The notes under the pieces were generated by a model that was given only the letters and a program-made list of their open reading frames with translations, did no database searches and had not been told where the DNA came from. The position numbers and the translations under genes were made by a program. From Nitrospiraceae bacterium (GTDB lineage Bacteria > Nitrospirota > Nitrospiria > Nitrospirales > Nitrospiraceae): 64,000 nucleotides of DNA. The first letter of the stretch is position 1; each line of letters begins with the position of its first letter. Shown one piece after another: positions 10,857-20,171 of the stretch. The stretch is taken from positions 128,001 through 192,000 of the forward strand of contig JBFWWG010000003.1 of NCBI GenBank assembly GCA_050246315.1, given 5' to 3'.

Positions 10857-10933
10857 TGTCGGTCTTCTCCGGTTTCCTGTTTCTAAGCTCGCATCGATAT
10901 GCTGATACGCTCGTGAGGCACGAAGCAGTCCGG

Positions 10934-11434
10934 TCAGGCCTCGGCCGGATCCACCTTTTTCGACTGGAGCTTCTCCAGCCACACGTCGGCGTTCCCACCA
11001 CCCCGACGGCTCAGAACGTCCTGGGTGACATAAATGGGACATTTGACCCGTAAGGCCAAGGCAATCGCGTCGCTCGGACGGGCATCCAACGTTCGTGTCA
11101 CTCCCTTGGAGATCAGATAGAGCGTGGCGTAGTAGGTCGTGTTTTTCACATCAGTGATAGCCACCCGCTGCACCTGAATATTGAGATGATCGGCCAAACT
11201 CTTGATCAGATCATGCGTCATGGGGCGGGGAGTGACGATCGTTTCCTGCGCCAACCGGATGGCGTTGCCTTCCGCCAATCCGACCCACAACGGCAACACT
11301 TCGCCGCCCTGATCATCCCGAAGGATCACGATCTGCGTGTCGGTGTTCTCATCGCGCACGACCCCGTGCACCCTGAGTTCCACCCACTCACCCGCGTCTT
11401 GGCTCGAAGTTGACATGCTTAACTCGATGGTCAC
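10934..11434 (-). CDS. Bifunctional nuclease family protein (DUF151), copy 2
   Basis: LPLWVG..EG.AI, RPMTHDL, DARPSDAIALALR; start may be ATG 11416. Confidence 0.9.
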   Translation of the reverse strand: MTIELSMSTSSQDAGEWVELRVHGVVRDENTDTQIVILRDDQGGEVLPLWVGLAEGNAIRLAQETIVTPRPMTHDLIKSLADHLNIQVQRVAITDVKNTTYYATLYLISKGVTRTLDARPSDAIALALRVKCPIYVTQDVLSRRGGGNADVWLEKLQSKKVDPAEA

Positions 11435-11886
11435 GAATCCAATTTACCGAAGTCCTCGGGCTTGAGATTCTCCAGCCACTGTTCGAGGTCTTCGGACGTT
11501 TGTTTTTTCATCACCGTCTCGTTCGCGAACACCGGTGCGTCGGAGCGTAACGCGATGGCGATCGCATCGCTTGGACGCGAGTCGATGGAAAACTCAGAAT
11601 CCTGATAGAGGAGGTGGATCTTGGCATAGTAGGTATTCTCGGACAGATCCGTGATGACCACGCTGATGACCTTCGCATCGAACAGGTCCATGAACGATTT
11701 GAGGAGATCATGGGTCATCGGACGGGGAGCGACGATATTTTCCAATGCGAAACTGATGGCGCTTGCCTCGGCCTTCCCGACCCAGATCGGGAGCACGTCC
11801 CCATGCTCTTCGCCGCGCAGAATGATGATATAGGCGTTGTTGTAGGGGTCGAACATCAACCCCCGGACCTTCATCTGTGTGATCAT
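11431..11886 (-). CDS. Bifunctional nuclease family protein (DUF151), copy 1
   Basis: LPIWVGKAEA, RPMTHDLL, DSRPSDAIAIALR, WLENLKPEDF; start ATG 11886. Confidence 0.92.
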   Translation of the reverse strand: MITQMKVRGLMFDPYNNAYIIILRGEEHGDVLPIWVGKAEASAISFALENIVAPRPMTHDLLKSFMDLFDAKVISVVITDLSENTYYAKIHLLYQDSEFSIDSRPSDAIAIALRSDAPVFANETVMKKQTSEDLEQWLENLKPEDFGKLDS

Positions 11887-11936
11887 GTTGACACCTGCCG
11901 ATCGTCGGAACGAACCGCGAAGGGGCAGAACGCAGA

Positions 11937-11966
11937 ACGATATCAAACGGTTGGCATTTCTGTCAA
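11937..11966 (-). promoter_or_regulatory. Sigma-70-type promoter for the DUF151 pair (possibly also rplM-rpsI)
   Basis: TTGACA-N18-TATCGT with TGn on the minus strand. Confidence 0.5.
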
Positions 11967-12217
11967 TCAACCGCTGCGAGTGACGGCTTTCAAGGCAGGA
12001 TCGGTCCGCTGCCAACAACGACTTTCACGGGAAATCCCACACCGCGAGAAGCTAGATCCAGAAATTACACGAGATCGCACGCGCACCGTGATGACTCCTG
12101 CTGGATCGTACGCGCGTCACCGATTATGGCGTTTTATGGCGTTCACCACCGATGTGAGGAATCTGGAAGGGAAATCAGGTCCCTAACAATGAATAGGACC
12201 AAGAGCGTGGCCGGCCC

Positions 12218-12499
12218 TCACGACCCTGCGGGACGGTAGTTCTCGGCGAGTTTGGCCGTATCGGTGCTTTCTCCGAGTTTGAGAAACGCCTTCATATGCT
12301 TTTTCAGCAGATCGCGCCCGCTCTCGTCGCCGAGATTGATGTGGTATTCATTAATCACCATCACCCGCATCCCTTCCCATTTCTTCCAACAGGCGAGACA
12401 GACCTTCGCTTTGACTTCAGCCTCCAACCGTCCGAGAAAGATGGGGTCGGTGATTGAGTCACCGGCTTGCCCACAGCATTGACACTGCACCTGCGTCAT
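12218..12499 (-). CDS. Fe(II)-trafficking / oxidative damage protection protein (YggX-like)
   Basis: VQC..., CWKKW...MVINEY.INL, M..FL pattern of the YggX family; RBS GGAGGA. Confidence 0.8.
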   Translation of the reverse strand: MTQVQCQCCGQAGDSITDPIFLGRLEAEVKAKVCLACWKKWEGMRVMVINEYHINLGDESGRDLLKKHMKAFLKLGESTDTAKLAENYRPAGS

Positions 12500-12593
12500 A
12501 GTTTCCTCCGCATCAGGCCGACTGCTCCGTGGCGTTGACCTGCAATCCTGACATACTAGCATCGTTCAGATTGCAAAGTGAAGAGTGCCCGGG

Positions 12594-12622
12594 TTGACGC
12601 TCCGGGTCCATCGTGCTAGTAA
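12594..12622 (+). promoter_or_regulatory. Putative sigma-70 promoter of tRNA-Leu
   Basis: TTGACG-N17-TAGTAA with TGn. Confidence 0.4.
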
Positions 12623-12666
12623 GAACGCCTTCGCCTCGACCCGCTTCTCCGACCGCATGCAGGTTA

Positions 12667-12753
12667 GCCCGGATGGCGGAACTGGCAGACGCGCCGGACT
12701 CAAAATCCGGTTCTCGCAAGAGAGTGGGAGTTCGACCCTCCCTCCGGGCACCA
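12667..12753 (+). tRNA. tRNA-Leu (anticodon CAA)
   Basis: Acceptor stem GCCCGGA/TCCGGGC, D arm with GG, anticodon arm CCGGA-CTCAAAA-TCCGG, long variable arm, GTTCGA T-loop, encoded CCA. Confidence 0.97.
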
Positions 12754-12885
12754 ACTCACAGGTTATTCCGCGGTAAATTCGCAGTTGCCAGGCATGAACA
12801 CTCCCGGTCATCACCCTTTGCCTGAACCCCAGGCTTCGGACCATTGGACCCGGCGGACCTTGGGCCGGTGGGTCTGAATTCCCCC

Positions 12886-12914
12886 TTGACATGATGAGCC
12901 TCCTAGCCTATAGT
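12886..12914 (+). promoter_or_regulatory. Near-consensus sigma-70 promoter of the 13028 gene
   Basis: TTGACA-N17-TATAGT. Confidence 0.75.
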
Positions 12915-13027
12915 TCCGCCACATTCAAGGGTTGTACGCAATCGACTTCGATGTTTCTTTTCGGCACTTGTCGTTCATCTCAACTTCATCATCTTCACTC
13001 ACCTTCTAACTTACAAGGAGGCAGCAC

Positions 13028-13798
13028 ATGCGTAACGTGGTTGCACTAGGAGCGGCGGTTCTGCTCGTCGGCTCCTTCAGCGTTGCAAACGCCCAGGAGC
13101 GACTCCCTCAGGTCTCCACGGGACTCGGCGTGGGGAGCGGCGTCGGCGACGTTTCGGGGTCGGCGAACCGTGTCAACTCGTTTGATCGAAGCGCATTCTT
13201 GGACAGGCTGTCACAAGCCGAGACTGTTTTCGGTCGTGTGCTGGCCATCGATATTCCGGCTCGCAAGATGCACCTTGAAACGGGCGGTAGCTCCCACGAT
13301 GAGGGGCGAGCGGGAACAGGAGCCATGAGCTCACTGACCGTCTATTTCGATGACAAGACGAACGTGGACCAGATGAAAACCATAAACGCCGGCGATGACG
13401 TCGCGGTCCAAGTATTCGAGGAAACCACCCCAACTCATCCATTCGGAACAGGAAAGAAGCTAGTGCGTGACGTCACAGTGCTCCGCGGCAATGAGAAGCT
13501 TGCCGGGTTCGGCGGTCTCGGCCAGCGGCCCAACCCGACCACGGAGCGAGGCATCGTCACCAGCAGCGGCGGAGTTACCGGTGGTGCGGTCGGCGCCGTT
13601 CTTCCGGGCGAGGTCAAAGAGGGAGTTGTGACGACATCCGTCGGTGAGTTCACCGGCGCCGCTCCCTGCTGGAACTGCGAACCGCAGCCGGGGTGGGGAT
13701 ACAATACTGTTGCTCCGGAGACCAAGATTCAAAACAAGTCCGACTATGGCACGGACAACGCCAAACCGAACCTCATGAAAGGGTACTCCGGCAAGTAA
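13028..13798 (+). CDS. Exported hypothetical protein (Gly-rich, possible OB-fold core, CWNC motif)
   Basis: Strong RBS AAGGAGG, signal peptide ending ANA, own promoter and terminator. Confidence 0.88.
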   Translation: MRNVVALGAAVLLVGSFSVANAQERLPQVSTGLGVGSGVGDVSGSANRVNSFDRSAFLDRLSQAETVFGRVLAIDIPARKMHLETGGSSHDEGRAGTGAMSSLTVYFDDKTNVDQMKTINAGDDVAVQVFEETTPTHPFGTGKKLVRDVTVLRGNEKLAGFGGLGQRPNPTTERGIVTSSGGVTGGAVGAVLPGEVKEGVVTTSVGEFTGAAPCWNCEPQPGWGYNTVAPETKIQNKSDYGTDNAKPNLMKGYSGK

Positions 13799-13827
13799 GT
13801 CCGTTTCCCAGACCGACCAGGTCGAGG

Positions 13828-13865
13828 AAGGGCAGCCTCTGCGAGAGGCTGCCCTTTTTGTTTTC
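13828..13865 (+). terminator. Rho-independent terminator
   Basis: AAGGGCAGCCTCT-GCG-AGAGGCTGCCCTT followed by a T-rich tract. Confidence 0.88.
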
Positions 13866-13961
13866 CTACCCAGGAACCTGGCACAATAAGAATCGCGCAA
13901 CGACCCAGCGAGCTCTGGCGTTACAAGGTTGCCACCATTCTCGTGAAGAGGGACTTGGAAG

Positions 13962-14231
13962 ATGATATCGAACCGTATTCAACAACCCATTGCCGTCGAT
14001 AGCGAGATCGACCTACGCGGCGTCATCTGCCCCTATAATTTTGTGAAGACGAAGTTGAAACTTGAAACAATGGATCCCGGACAGATACTCAGCGTGCTGC
14101 TTGACGACGGGGACCCCATTAAGAATGTGCCGCAGAGCGTCCGAAACGAAGGGCATGTCGTGCTGGTTGAGGAACCGTTCGGTCCATCCTTCCGCCTCAT
14201 CATCCGGCGGCGCGACGGTTCGGCTGAATAA
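13962..14231 (+). CDS. Sulfurtransferase TusA/SirA family protein
   Basis: IDLRGVICPYNFVKTKL, G..L.VLLDDG.P..NVP...GH. Confidence 0.9.
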   Translation: MISNRIQQPIAVDSEIDLRGVICPYNFVKTKLKLETMDPGQILSVLLDDGDPIKNVPQSVRNEGHVVLVEEPFGPSFRLIIRRRDGSAE

Positions 14232-14250
14232 CCCTTCGCTCCCGCTTGTC

Positions 14251-15066
14251 TCACGGCCGCTTTCGGGCCTTCGGAGTTCTGGCACGCGCCCGCCGCATCA
14301 TACCGGCGAAAATCACGGTGATCAGTGCAGCAGGCATTGCACCTGCCGCGGCTCCGAGAAACCGTCTGGTTGTCGTGATGAGAATTTCTTCGGCCGCCGT
14401 CGTCAGATTTCGAAGGATGATCATCCGCCGGTTTCCCTCCCAGCCATGGACTTCCTGCGCGAGACGAGGCAGGTCTTGAGGGGCAAGCAACACCACTTGC
14501 GTGTCAGCCAGTGCACGGGCTTGCCTGAAGAGCTTCCGGCGCACCGCCCGCGACGACGGAAGCCGCCCCATGAACAATACCCGCTCACCTTCGCAGCCCG
14601 CCACAGAGAGCGCTGCGGTCAGGATCGACGGACCGGGAACGGCCACGACCGGGATACGTGCCCTGTGCGCGGCTCGGACCACATAGGCACCGGGATCGAA
14701 GACGGCCGGTGTACCGGCATCCGTGACCAGGGCCACGTCCAGCCCCTGTGCGAGCTGCTGCAGGAGCACGGCCGTTTTCTCCCTACAGTTGCCGGCGAAA
14801 TACGTTGTTATCGGGACGGTAATGCGATAGCGAGCAAGGAGCCGCCGCGTGGCCTGAGGGTCTTCCGAGGCAATAAGTCCGACTCCCCGTAAGATCCGTC
14901 GCGCCCGGATGGTGAGATCACCGAGATGTCCAATCGGCACCGCGACCACAAAGAGCCGGCCAGCTCCGACCGGCATCGTGCCGATCGGCTTGATCCGTCC
15001 ACCGCGCACGGGCGGCATTTCCGAGTGGCTTTCCCCCCTGATGGCGATGACCTTCGGCACTTTCAT
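14251..15066 (-). CDS. rsmI: RsmI-like tetrapyrrole-methylase-fold 16S rRNA 2'-O-methyltransferase (divergent); start may be ATG 14976
   Basis: PIGHLGDLTIRA, TDAGTPAVFDPG, PGPS motifs; several other RsmI motifs altered. Confidence 0.75.
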   Translation of the reverse strand: MKVPKVIAIRGESHSEMPPVRGGRIKPIGTMPVGAGRLFVVAVPIGHLGDLTIRARRILRGVGLIASEDPQATRRLLARYRITVPITTYFAGNCREKTAVLLQQLAQGLDVALVTDAGTPAVFDPGAYVVRAAHRARIPVVAVPGPSILTAALSVAGCEGERVLFMGRLPSSRAVRRKLFRQARALADTQVVLLAPQDLPRLAQEVHGWEGNRRMIILRNLTTAAEEILITTTRRFLGAAAGAMPAALITVIFAGMMRRARARTPKARKRP

Positions 15067-15069
15067 TTC

Positions 15070-15099
15070 TTGACTGCTCTTTTCGCAGGTCAGTATAAT
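15070..15099 (+). promoter_or_regulatory. Sigma-70 promoter of the heme biosynthesis operon
   Basis: TTGACT-N18-TATAAT, 54 nt upstream of the ATG at 15154. Confidence 0.65.
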
Positions 15100-15153
15100 T
15101 TTCGGATTCTCTCACATCCGTAATTTCTTTCGCAAAGTCGAGGAGATAGGTTG

Positions 15154-15957
15154 ATGCCGGTCTCGTTTGTGATGGCCACCATTTTGTTGTATTTGGCCGG
15201 AACCGTCTGCTTCCTCGTGTACCTCCTACGTCGCTCCGAGGCGCTCTCAATGGTTTCCCTGTGGCTCACGGCTGCAGGATTCGTCACCCACAGTATCGCC
15301 CTGCTCCTCAGAATATGGAGCGGGGCCGGAGCGCCTTTGGCCAGTTTTCAGGAAGCCCTATCGTTCTTCTCTTGGATGTTGGTGTTGGTTTTTTTGGCCG
15401 TAGAGTTCCGCCACCGCATTCACGTATTGGGCTCGTTCATCGTCCCCTTGGCGCTGGTGTCACTTGTTTCCGCCACCGCCTTGCCAGACCGGGTCCCCAC
15501 GATCGGCTCGTCGCTTCGGACGGTCTGGCTTCATGTGACGCTCAGCATGTTGGGCACCGTGGGCTTTGCCGTCGCGTTCGTGGCCGGCTTGATGTATGTC
15601 ATTCAGGACGGGCTGCTCAAGTCCAAGCGGTTCAATGTCCTGTACAGCAAACTGCCGCCGCTGGATTTCCTCGATAATCTCAATCAACGGTCGATCATCC
15701 TGGGATTTCCGTTGCTCACCCTGGGCATCATCACCGGGGCGATTTCAGGCGAGTTCTCGAAGGGCTCCTATCTGAACTGGAATCCGGAGCAAGTCTGGGC
15801 CCTCGTGACCTGGATGTTCTATCTTGTCGTCCTGCTCGGCCGTTTGACGGTGGGATGGCGGGCCAAGCGCGCCGCGTACCTGACGATTATCGGATTCGCC
15901 GGTGTGGTGCTGACACTGATTGGCGTGGTGCTCAAGAACTACGGGACCTATTCCTGA
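15154..15957 (+). CDS. ccsA: Cytochrome c assembly family membrane protein (CcsA/CcsB/HemX-like)
   Basis: About 8 TM segments, WLHV, LPPLDFLD, GFPLLTLGIITG, W.W.PEQVWALVTW (WWD-like); sits before hemA. Confidence 0.85.
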   Translation: MPVSFVMATILLYLAGTVCFLVYLLRRSEALSMVSLWLTAAGFVTHSIALLLRIWSGAGAPLASFQEALSFFSWMLVLVFLAVEFRHRIHVLGSFIVPLALVSLVSATALPDRVPTIGSSLRTVWLHVTLSMLGTVGFAVAFVAGLMYVIQDGLLKSKRFNVLYSKLPPLDFLDNLNQRSIILGFPLLTLGIITGAISGEFSKGSYLNWNPEQVWALVTWMFYLVVLLGRLTVGWRAKRAAYLTIIGFAGVVLTLIGVVLKNYGTYS

Positions 15958-15958
15958 T

Positions 15959-17365
15959 ATGCACATCATCACGGTCGGTCTCAGCCATAAAACCGCCCCC
16001 GTCGAGATCCGCGAGCGGCTCGCCGTCCCGGAAAGTCGTCTGGGCGAAGCCCTGACCCGGCTCTGCTCGTACCCCGGCATTAAAGAAGGACTGCTGCTGT
16101 CCACATGTAACCGAGTCGAAGTGTACGCGGTCGTCGAAGCGGTGGATGCCGGCTATCACCGCGTGCAAGAGTTTCTGGCCGACACGCATCTCTCGCTCTC
16201 CTCCGAAGACCTGACCCCGCATCTCTATTCGCATACGGGCGCTCGGGCGATCGCCCACCTGTTCCGGGTTGCGTCGAGCCTCGACTCGATGATCGTTGGA
16301 GAGTCTCAGATCCTCGGGCAGATCAAGGATGCCTATGACGCGGCCTTGACTCATAAAGCCACCGGCGTCGTCTTGAACAAGGTGGTCAAGAAGGCCATTT
16401 CCGTCGCCAAGCGGGTCCGCACCGAGACCAAGATCGCCGAAACGGCTGTCTCGATCAGTTACGCCGCCGTCGAACTGGCAAGGAAGATCTTCTCGGACCT
16501 CAGTCAACACACGGTCCTGCTCGTGGGAGCTGGTGAGATGGCCAAACTGGCTGCCAAGCATTTCGTGGCCCAGGGCATGCGGCACATCCGCGTCACCACG
16601 CGCAATCCGGTCAACGCTATCGAATTGGCCAAGCGATTCAATGGGGTTCCCGTGCCGTTCGAGGATTTCCCGACCGAAATGATCGCGTCGGACATTTTGC
16701 TCTGCTCGACCGGCGCCTCTCACTACCTGATCACGCCCGAGCAGGTGCAGCATGCCGTTCGGCAACGGATGAACCGCCCGATTTTCCTGATCGACATTTC
16801 CGTACCCCGCAATATCGATCCGGCAGTTCGACACATCGACAACGCGTTTCTCTTTGACATCGACGATCTGAAAATGCGCGTCGAACAGAATCGGGAAGAG
16901 CGACTTCGCGAGGCGGAGAAAGCCGAGTCGATGGTGGCCGAAGAAGTCGGCGTACTGCAGCAATGGATGAAATCGCTGGAGGTCACCCCGACGATCGTGG
17001 CGCTGCGCAGCAAGGCCGATGCAGTCAAGAGGGCCGAGATGGAACGTCTGCAAGCCCGCTTGACCCGGCTGTCTCCGCAAGATCAGGAAATGGTGGAGTC
17101 CCTCGCCTCCGCCATCGTCAACAAGCTCCTGCACGGTACGATGGTCACCTTGAAAGCAGAGGCGGATTCCTCCTCGGGCGCCCTGTTTGTTGAGGCGGCG
17201 CGAAGATTTTTCAGCCTCGAAGAGGCGGCCGGATCAGTCCGGGCCTCGGCTCGGAACAACCGTCCGGAGGCGATTTCCGGTCAGGCGGAAGGTGACGCCG
17301 CTGGCCGAGGCGACAACGACCGTGTCCGCGCCGACGAGCCGGTGCGTGTACGGCAACCATCATGA
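15959..17365 (+). CDS. hemA: Glutamyl-tRNA reductase
   Basis: GLSHKTAPVEIRE, LSTCNRVE, SLDSMIVGESQILGQ, GAGEM, DISVPRNID. Confidence 0.98.
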   Translation: MHIITVGLSHKTAPVEIRERLAVPESRLGEALTRLCSYPGIKEGLLLSTCNRVEVYAVVEAVDAGYHRVQEFLADTHLSLSSEDLTPHLYSHTGARAIAHLFRVASSLDSMIVGESQILGQIKDAYDAALTHKATGVVLNKVVKKAISVAKRVRTETKIAETAVSISYAAVELARKIFSDLSQHTVLLVGAGEMAKLAAKHFVAQGMRHIRVTTRNPVNAIELAKRFNGVPVPFEDFPTEMIASDILLCSTGASHYLITPEQVQHAVRQRMNRPIFLIDISVPRNIDPAVRHIDNAFLFDIDDLKMRVEQNREERLREAEKAESMVAEEVGVLQQWMKSLEVTPTIVALRSKADAVKRAEMERLQARLTRLSPQDQEMVESLASAIVNKLLHGTMVTLKAEADSSSGALFVEAARRFFSLEEAAGSVRASARNNRPEAISGQAEGDAAGRGDNDRVRADEPVRVRQPS

Positions 17366-17616
17366 CGCTCCCATTGCGAAGTGTGCGGGCCGGCTCGGAC
17401 GGATGACCATGCCTCTCCGGCTTTACCCTTTATCTTCCACATCCGGTCGTGTAGACCGACGCGGTCGGCTGTCATCGTGACGCTCGATCTTCGGTCCTCA
17501 CACTCTGCTGAATACGAACGCCCAATGAGGCAGGAACTCCGCCAGATGCCGGACCGATGTGCCCGACTCGCCTTCCACCAGCCGGTCGGATGCGCTGGCG
17601 GAAAGAGGAGAACGGA

Positions 17617-18558
17617 ATGAGTCAGCAGCCCCGGCGGCCGCTGGTGCTCGGCACGCGGGCCAGCAAACTCGCCCTACAACAAAGTCGTTGGGTGGCGGAA
17701 CAGATGATGCGCCTGAACCCGGGCTTGCATGTGGAGCTGAAGGAAATTCGCACCTCCGGCGACAAGATCCTCGACGTGCCGCTGGCCAAGATCGGCGGCA
17801 AGGGTCTGTTTGTCAAGGAAATCGAGGATGCACTGCTCACGCGAGAGATTGACCTGGCCGTCCACAGCATGAAGGACGTGCCCACGCATTTACCCGACGG
17901 ACTCGATATCGTCTGCGTCCCGCAACGCGAAGATCCACGCGACGCCCTGGTCGCTCGTGACGTCAAGCGGCTTGAGGATCTGTCCCGTGGGGCCAAGCTC
18001 GGAACGAGCAGCCTGAGACGGCAGGCGCAATTGCTTCACCGCCGACCGGACCTCGTCATCGAGATGTTGCGGGGCAATCTCGACACCCGCCTTCGCAAGC
18101 TCCGCGACGGCCTCTATGACGGGATTGTCCTCGCCGCGGCGGGGCTCAAGCGACTGGGTTGGCAAGACCACGTCACGCAGTATCTCCCGATCGAGGTCAG
18201 CCTTCCGGCCATCGGCCAAGGAGCCTTGGGTATTGAGGCGAGGAAGGACGATGCGTGGGTTGCCTCGGTTTTGGAAGGGCTGGAAGATTCCACCGCACGG
18301 GCGGCCGTGACCGCCGAACGGGCCCTGCTTCATCGTCTGGAAGGAGGGTGCCAGGTTCCCATCGCCGCCCATGCATCGATCCAGGGAGACCGGCTCCAGC
18401 TTATGGCTCTGGTCGGTCGGGTCGATGGTTCACTGTTGGTCCAAGATCAATCCGAAGGTCCACCGTCTTCTGCGTCCAGGATCGGAACCGATCTCGCCGA
18501 ACGCCTGTTGCGTCATGGCGCACGAGAGATTCTGGATGAAATCTATGGAAGAACCTGA
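17617..18558 (+). CDS. hemC: Hydroxymethylbilane synthase
   Basis: GTRASKLA, GGKGLFVKE, VHSMKDVP, GTSSLRR, RGNLDTRL, GGCQVP. Confidence 0.98.
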   Translation: MSQQPRRPLVLGTRASKLALQQSRWVAEQMMRLNPGLHVELKEIRTSGDKILDVPLAKIGGKGLFVKEIEDALLTREIDLAVHSMKDVPTHLPDGLDIVCVPQREDPRDALVARDVKRLEDLSRGAKLGTSSLRRQAQLLHRRPDLVIEMLRGNLDTRLRKLRDGLYDGIVLAAAGLKRLGWQDHVTQYLPIEVSLPAIGQGALGIEARKDDAWVASVLEGLEDSTARAAVTAERALLHRLEGGCQVPIAAHASIQGDRLQLMALVGRVDGSLLVQDQSEGPPSSASRIGTDLAERLLRHGAREILDEIYGRT

Positions 18559-18563
18559 GGGGT

Positions 18564-20117
18564 ATGAGTACAAACCTTGGAAAAATCTATCTGGTCGGCG
18601 CAGGTCCCGGAGATCCCGGTCTCCTGACCCTGAAGGGGAAATGTTGCCTTGAACAAGCGGACGCGGTGTTCTACGACTACTTGGCCAATCCTTCCTTGCT
18701 CGACTACGTGCGACCGGACTCCGAGCGAATCTATGTCGGCCGCCGAGGGCGCGGAACCTATCTGGATCAACAAGAAATCAATCGGCAGATCATCGCCAAG
18801 GCAGGGGAAGGAAAGATTGTCGTACGTCTAAAGGGCGGTGATCCCTTTGTATTCGGCCGTGGCGGCGAAGAGGCGGAGGCCGTGGCGGCGGCCGGTTTGT
18901 CGTTCGAAATCGTCCCAGGCGTCAGCTCCGCCACCGCAGTCCCGGCCTACGCCGGCATTCCCGTCACCCATCGGACGCTGGCCTCGACCGTCGCCTTCGT
19001 CACCGGCCATGAGGACCCGCGCAAGGAAGCGGAACTATTGGAATGGTCCAAGCTCGCCACCGCAGAGGGAACCCTGGTCTTCTTGATGGGCATGAAGAAC
19101 CTGCCGCGGATCGTTGATCGATTGGTCAAGGAAGGCCGCTCACCCGAAACCCCCGTCGCCCTGATTCAATGGGGTTCCTGGCCCAAACAACGGACCGTGA
19201 CCGGAACCCTCCAGGACATTGTCGAAAAGAGCCAGGCTGCCGGGCTTGAACCCCCAACGACAGTCGTCATTGGCAAGGTCGTCGGCCTGCGCGACCACCT
19301 GAATTGGTTCGAACGGCAGCCCCTGTTCGGCAAACGTATTCTCGTCACCCGGGCCAAGGAACAGGCCGGAGAATTTTCCCGCTTGATCGCCGCTCAGGGA
19401 GGGGAGCCCGTGGAATGTCCGACGATCGAGATCGTCCCTCCTCAAACCTGGGAAGCGCTCGACCGGGCGATCACCCACCTCGCGTCCGTGGATTGGCTGG
19501 TCTTCACCAGCATGAATGGGATTGCACCTTTCATGAATCGGTTGTACAACCACGGGCGGGATGTCCGGGCTCTGGCGTCCGTGAAGATCTGCTGCATCGG
19601 CCCCCGTACCGCCCAGGAGCTGACGCAATATGGTCTGAGAGCAGACCTTGTCCCGGACGAGTATCAAGCCGAAGGCGTCATCGAGTCGTTTCGTCGGATC
19701 GGCGCCGCCGGAAGGCGAATTCTGATCCCCCGGGCCGAGGTAGCGCGCGAAGTGCTTCCCGCCGACCTGACGGCCATGGGGGCGACGGTCACGGTGGTGT
19801 CGGTGTACCGGACGGTGAAGCCTGAAGAGGCCACAGCACGGTTGGTGCAGCGGTTGACCGACAAGGCAATCGATATGCTGACCTTTACCAGCTCGTCCAC
19901 CGTGCGCAATTTTGCGAGCTTCTTCGAGTCGCCGGGAGCGCTGGCTCGACTCACTCAGGGTATCCCGATTGCCTGCATCGGTCCGATCACGGCGGAAACG
20001 GCCCGGGAGCTGGGCTTAACGGTGACGATTCAGGCCAGGGAAAACACGATTTCGGCGCTGGCCGAGGCCATCGTGGAATACTATGGTCGCGCTTCGCCAG
20101 ATAGGCAAAAGGGGTGA
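18564..20117 (+). CDS. cobA: Uroporphyrinogen-III C-methyltransferase / uroporphyrinogen-III synthase fusion (CobA-HemD)
   Basis: GAGPGDPGLLT, RLKGGDPFVFGRGGEE; C-terminal HemD half with LVTRA, IGPRTA, FTSSSTV, CIGPITA. Confidence 0.96.
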   Translation: MSTNLGKIYLVGAGPGDPGLLTLKGKCCLEQADAVFYDYLANPSLLDYVRPDSERIYVGRRGRGTYLDQQEINRQIIAKAGEGKIVVRLKGGDPFVFGRGGEEAEAVAAAGLSFEIVPGVSSATAVPAYAGIPVTHRTLASTVAFVTGHEDPRKEAELLEWSKLATAEGTLVFLMGMKNLPRIVDRLVKEGRSPETPVALIQWGSWPKQRTVTGTLQDIVEKSQAAGLEPPTTVVIGKVVGLRDHLNWFERQPLFGKRILVTRAKEQAGEFSRLIAAQGGEPVECPTIEIVPPQTWEALDRAITHLASVDWLVFTSMNGIAPFMNRLYNHGRDVRALASVKICCIGPRTAQELTQYGLRADLVPDEYQAEGVIESFRRIGAAGRRILIPRAEVAREVLPADLTAMGATVTVVSVYRTVKPEEATARLVQRLTDKAIDMLTFTSSSTVRNFASFFESPGALARLTQGIPIACIGPITAETARELGLTVTIQARENTISALAEAIVEYYGRASPDRQKG

Positions 20118-20171
20118 AGCGGCGGCGGTTGACATGAACAGATTTCCTAACAGACCAAGGAGGGGGACAGT

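Noticed and set aside
13660..13690. Heme c binding site in the 13028 protein
   Set aside because: The motif is CWNCE, lacking the His of CxxCH
12667..14231. Integrative element at tRNA-Leu
   Set aside because: No integrase, and no duplicated tRNA 3' end noticed in the window
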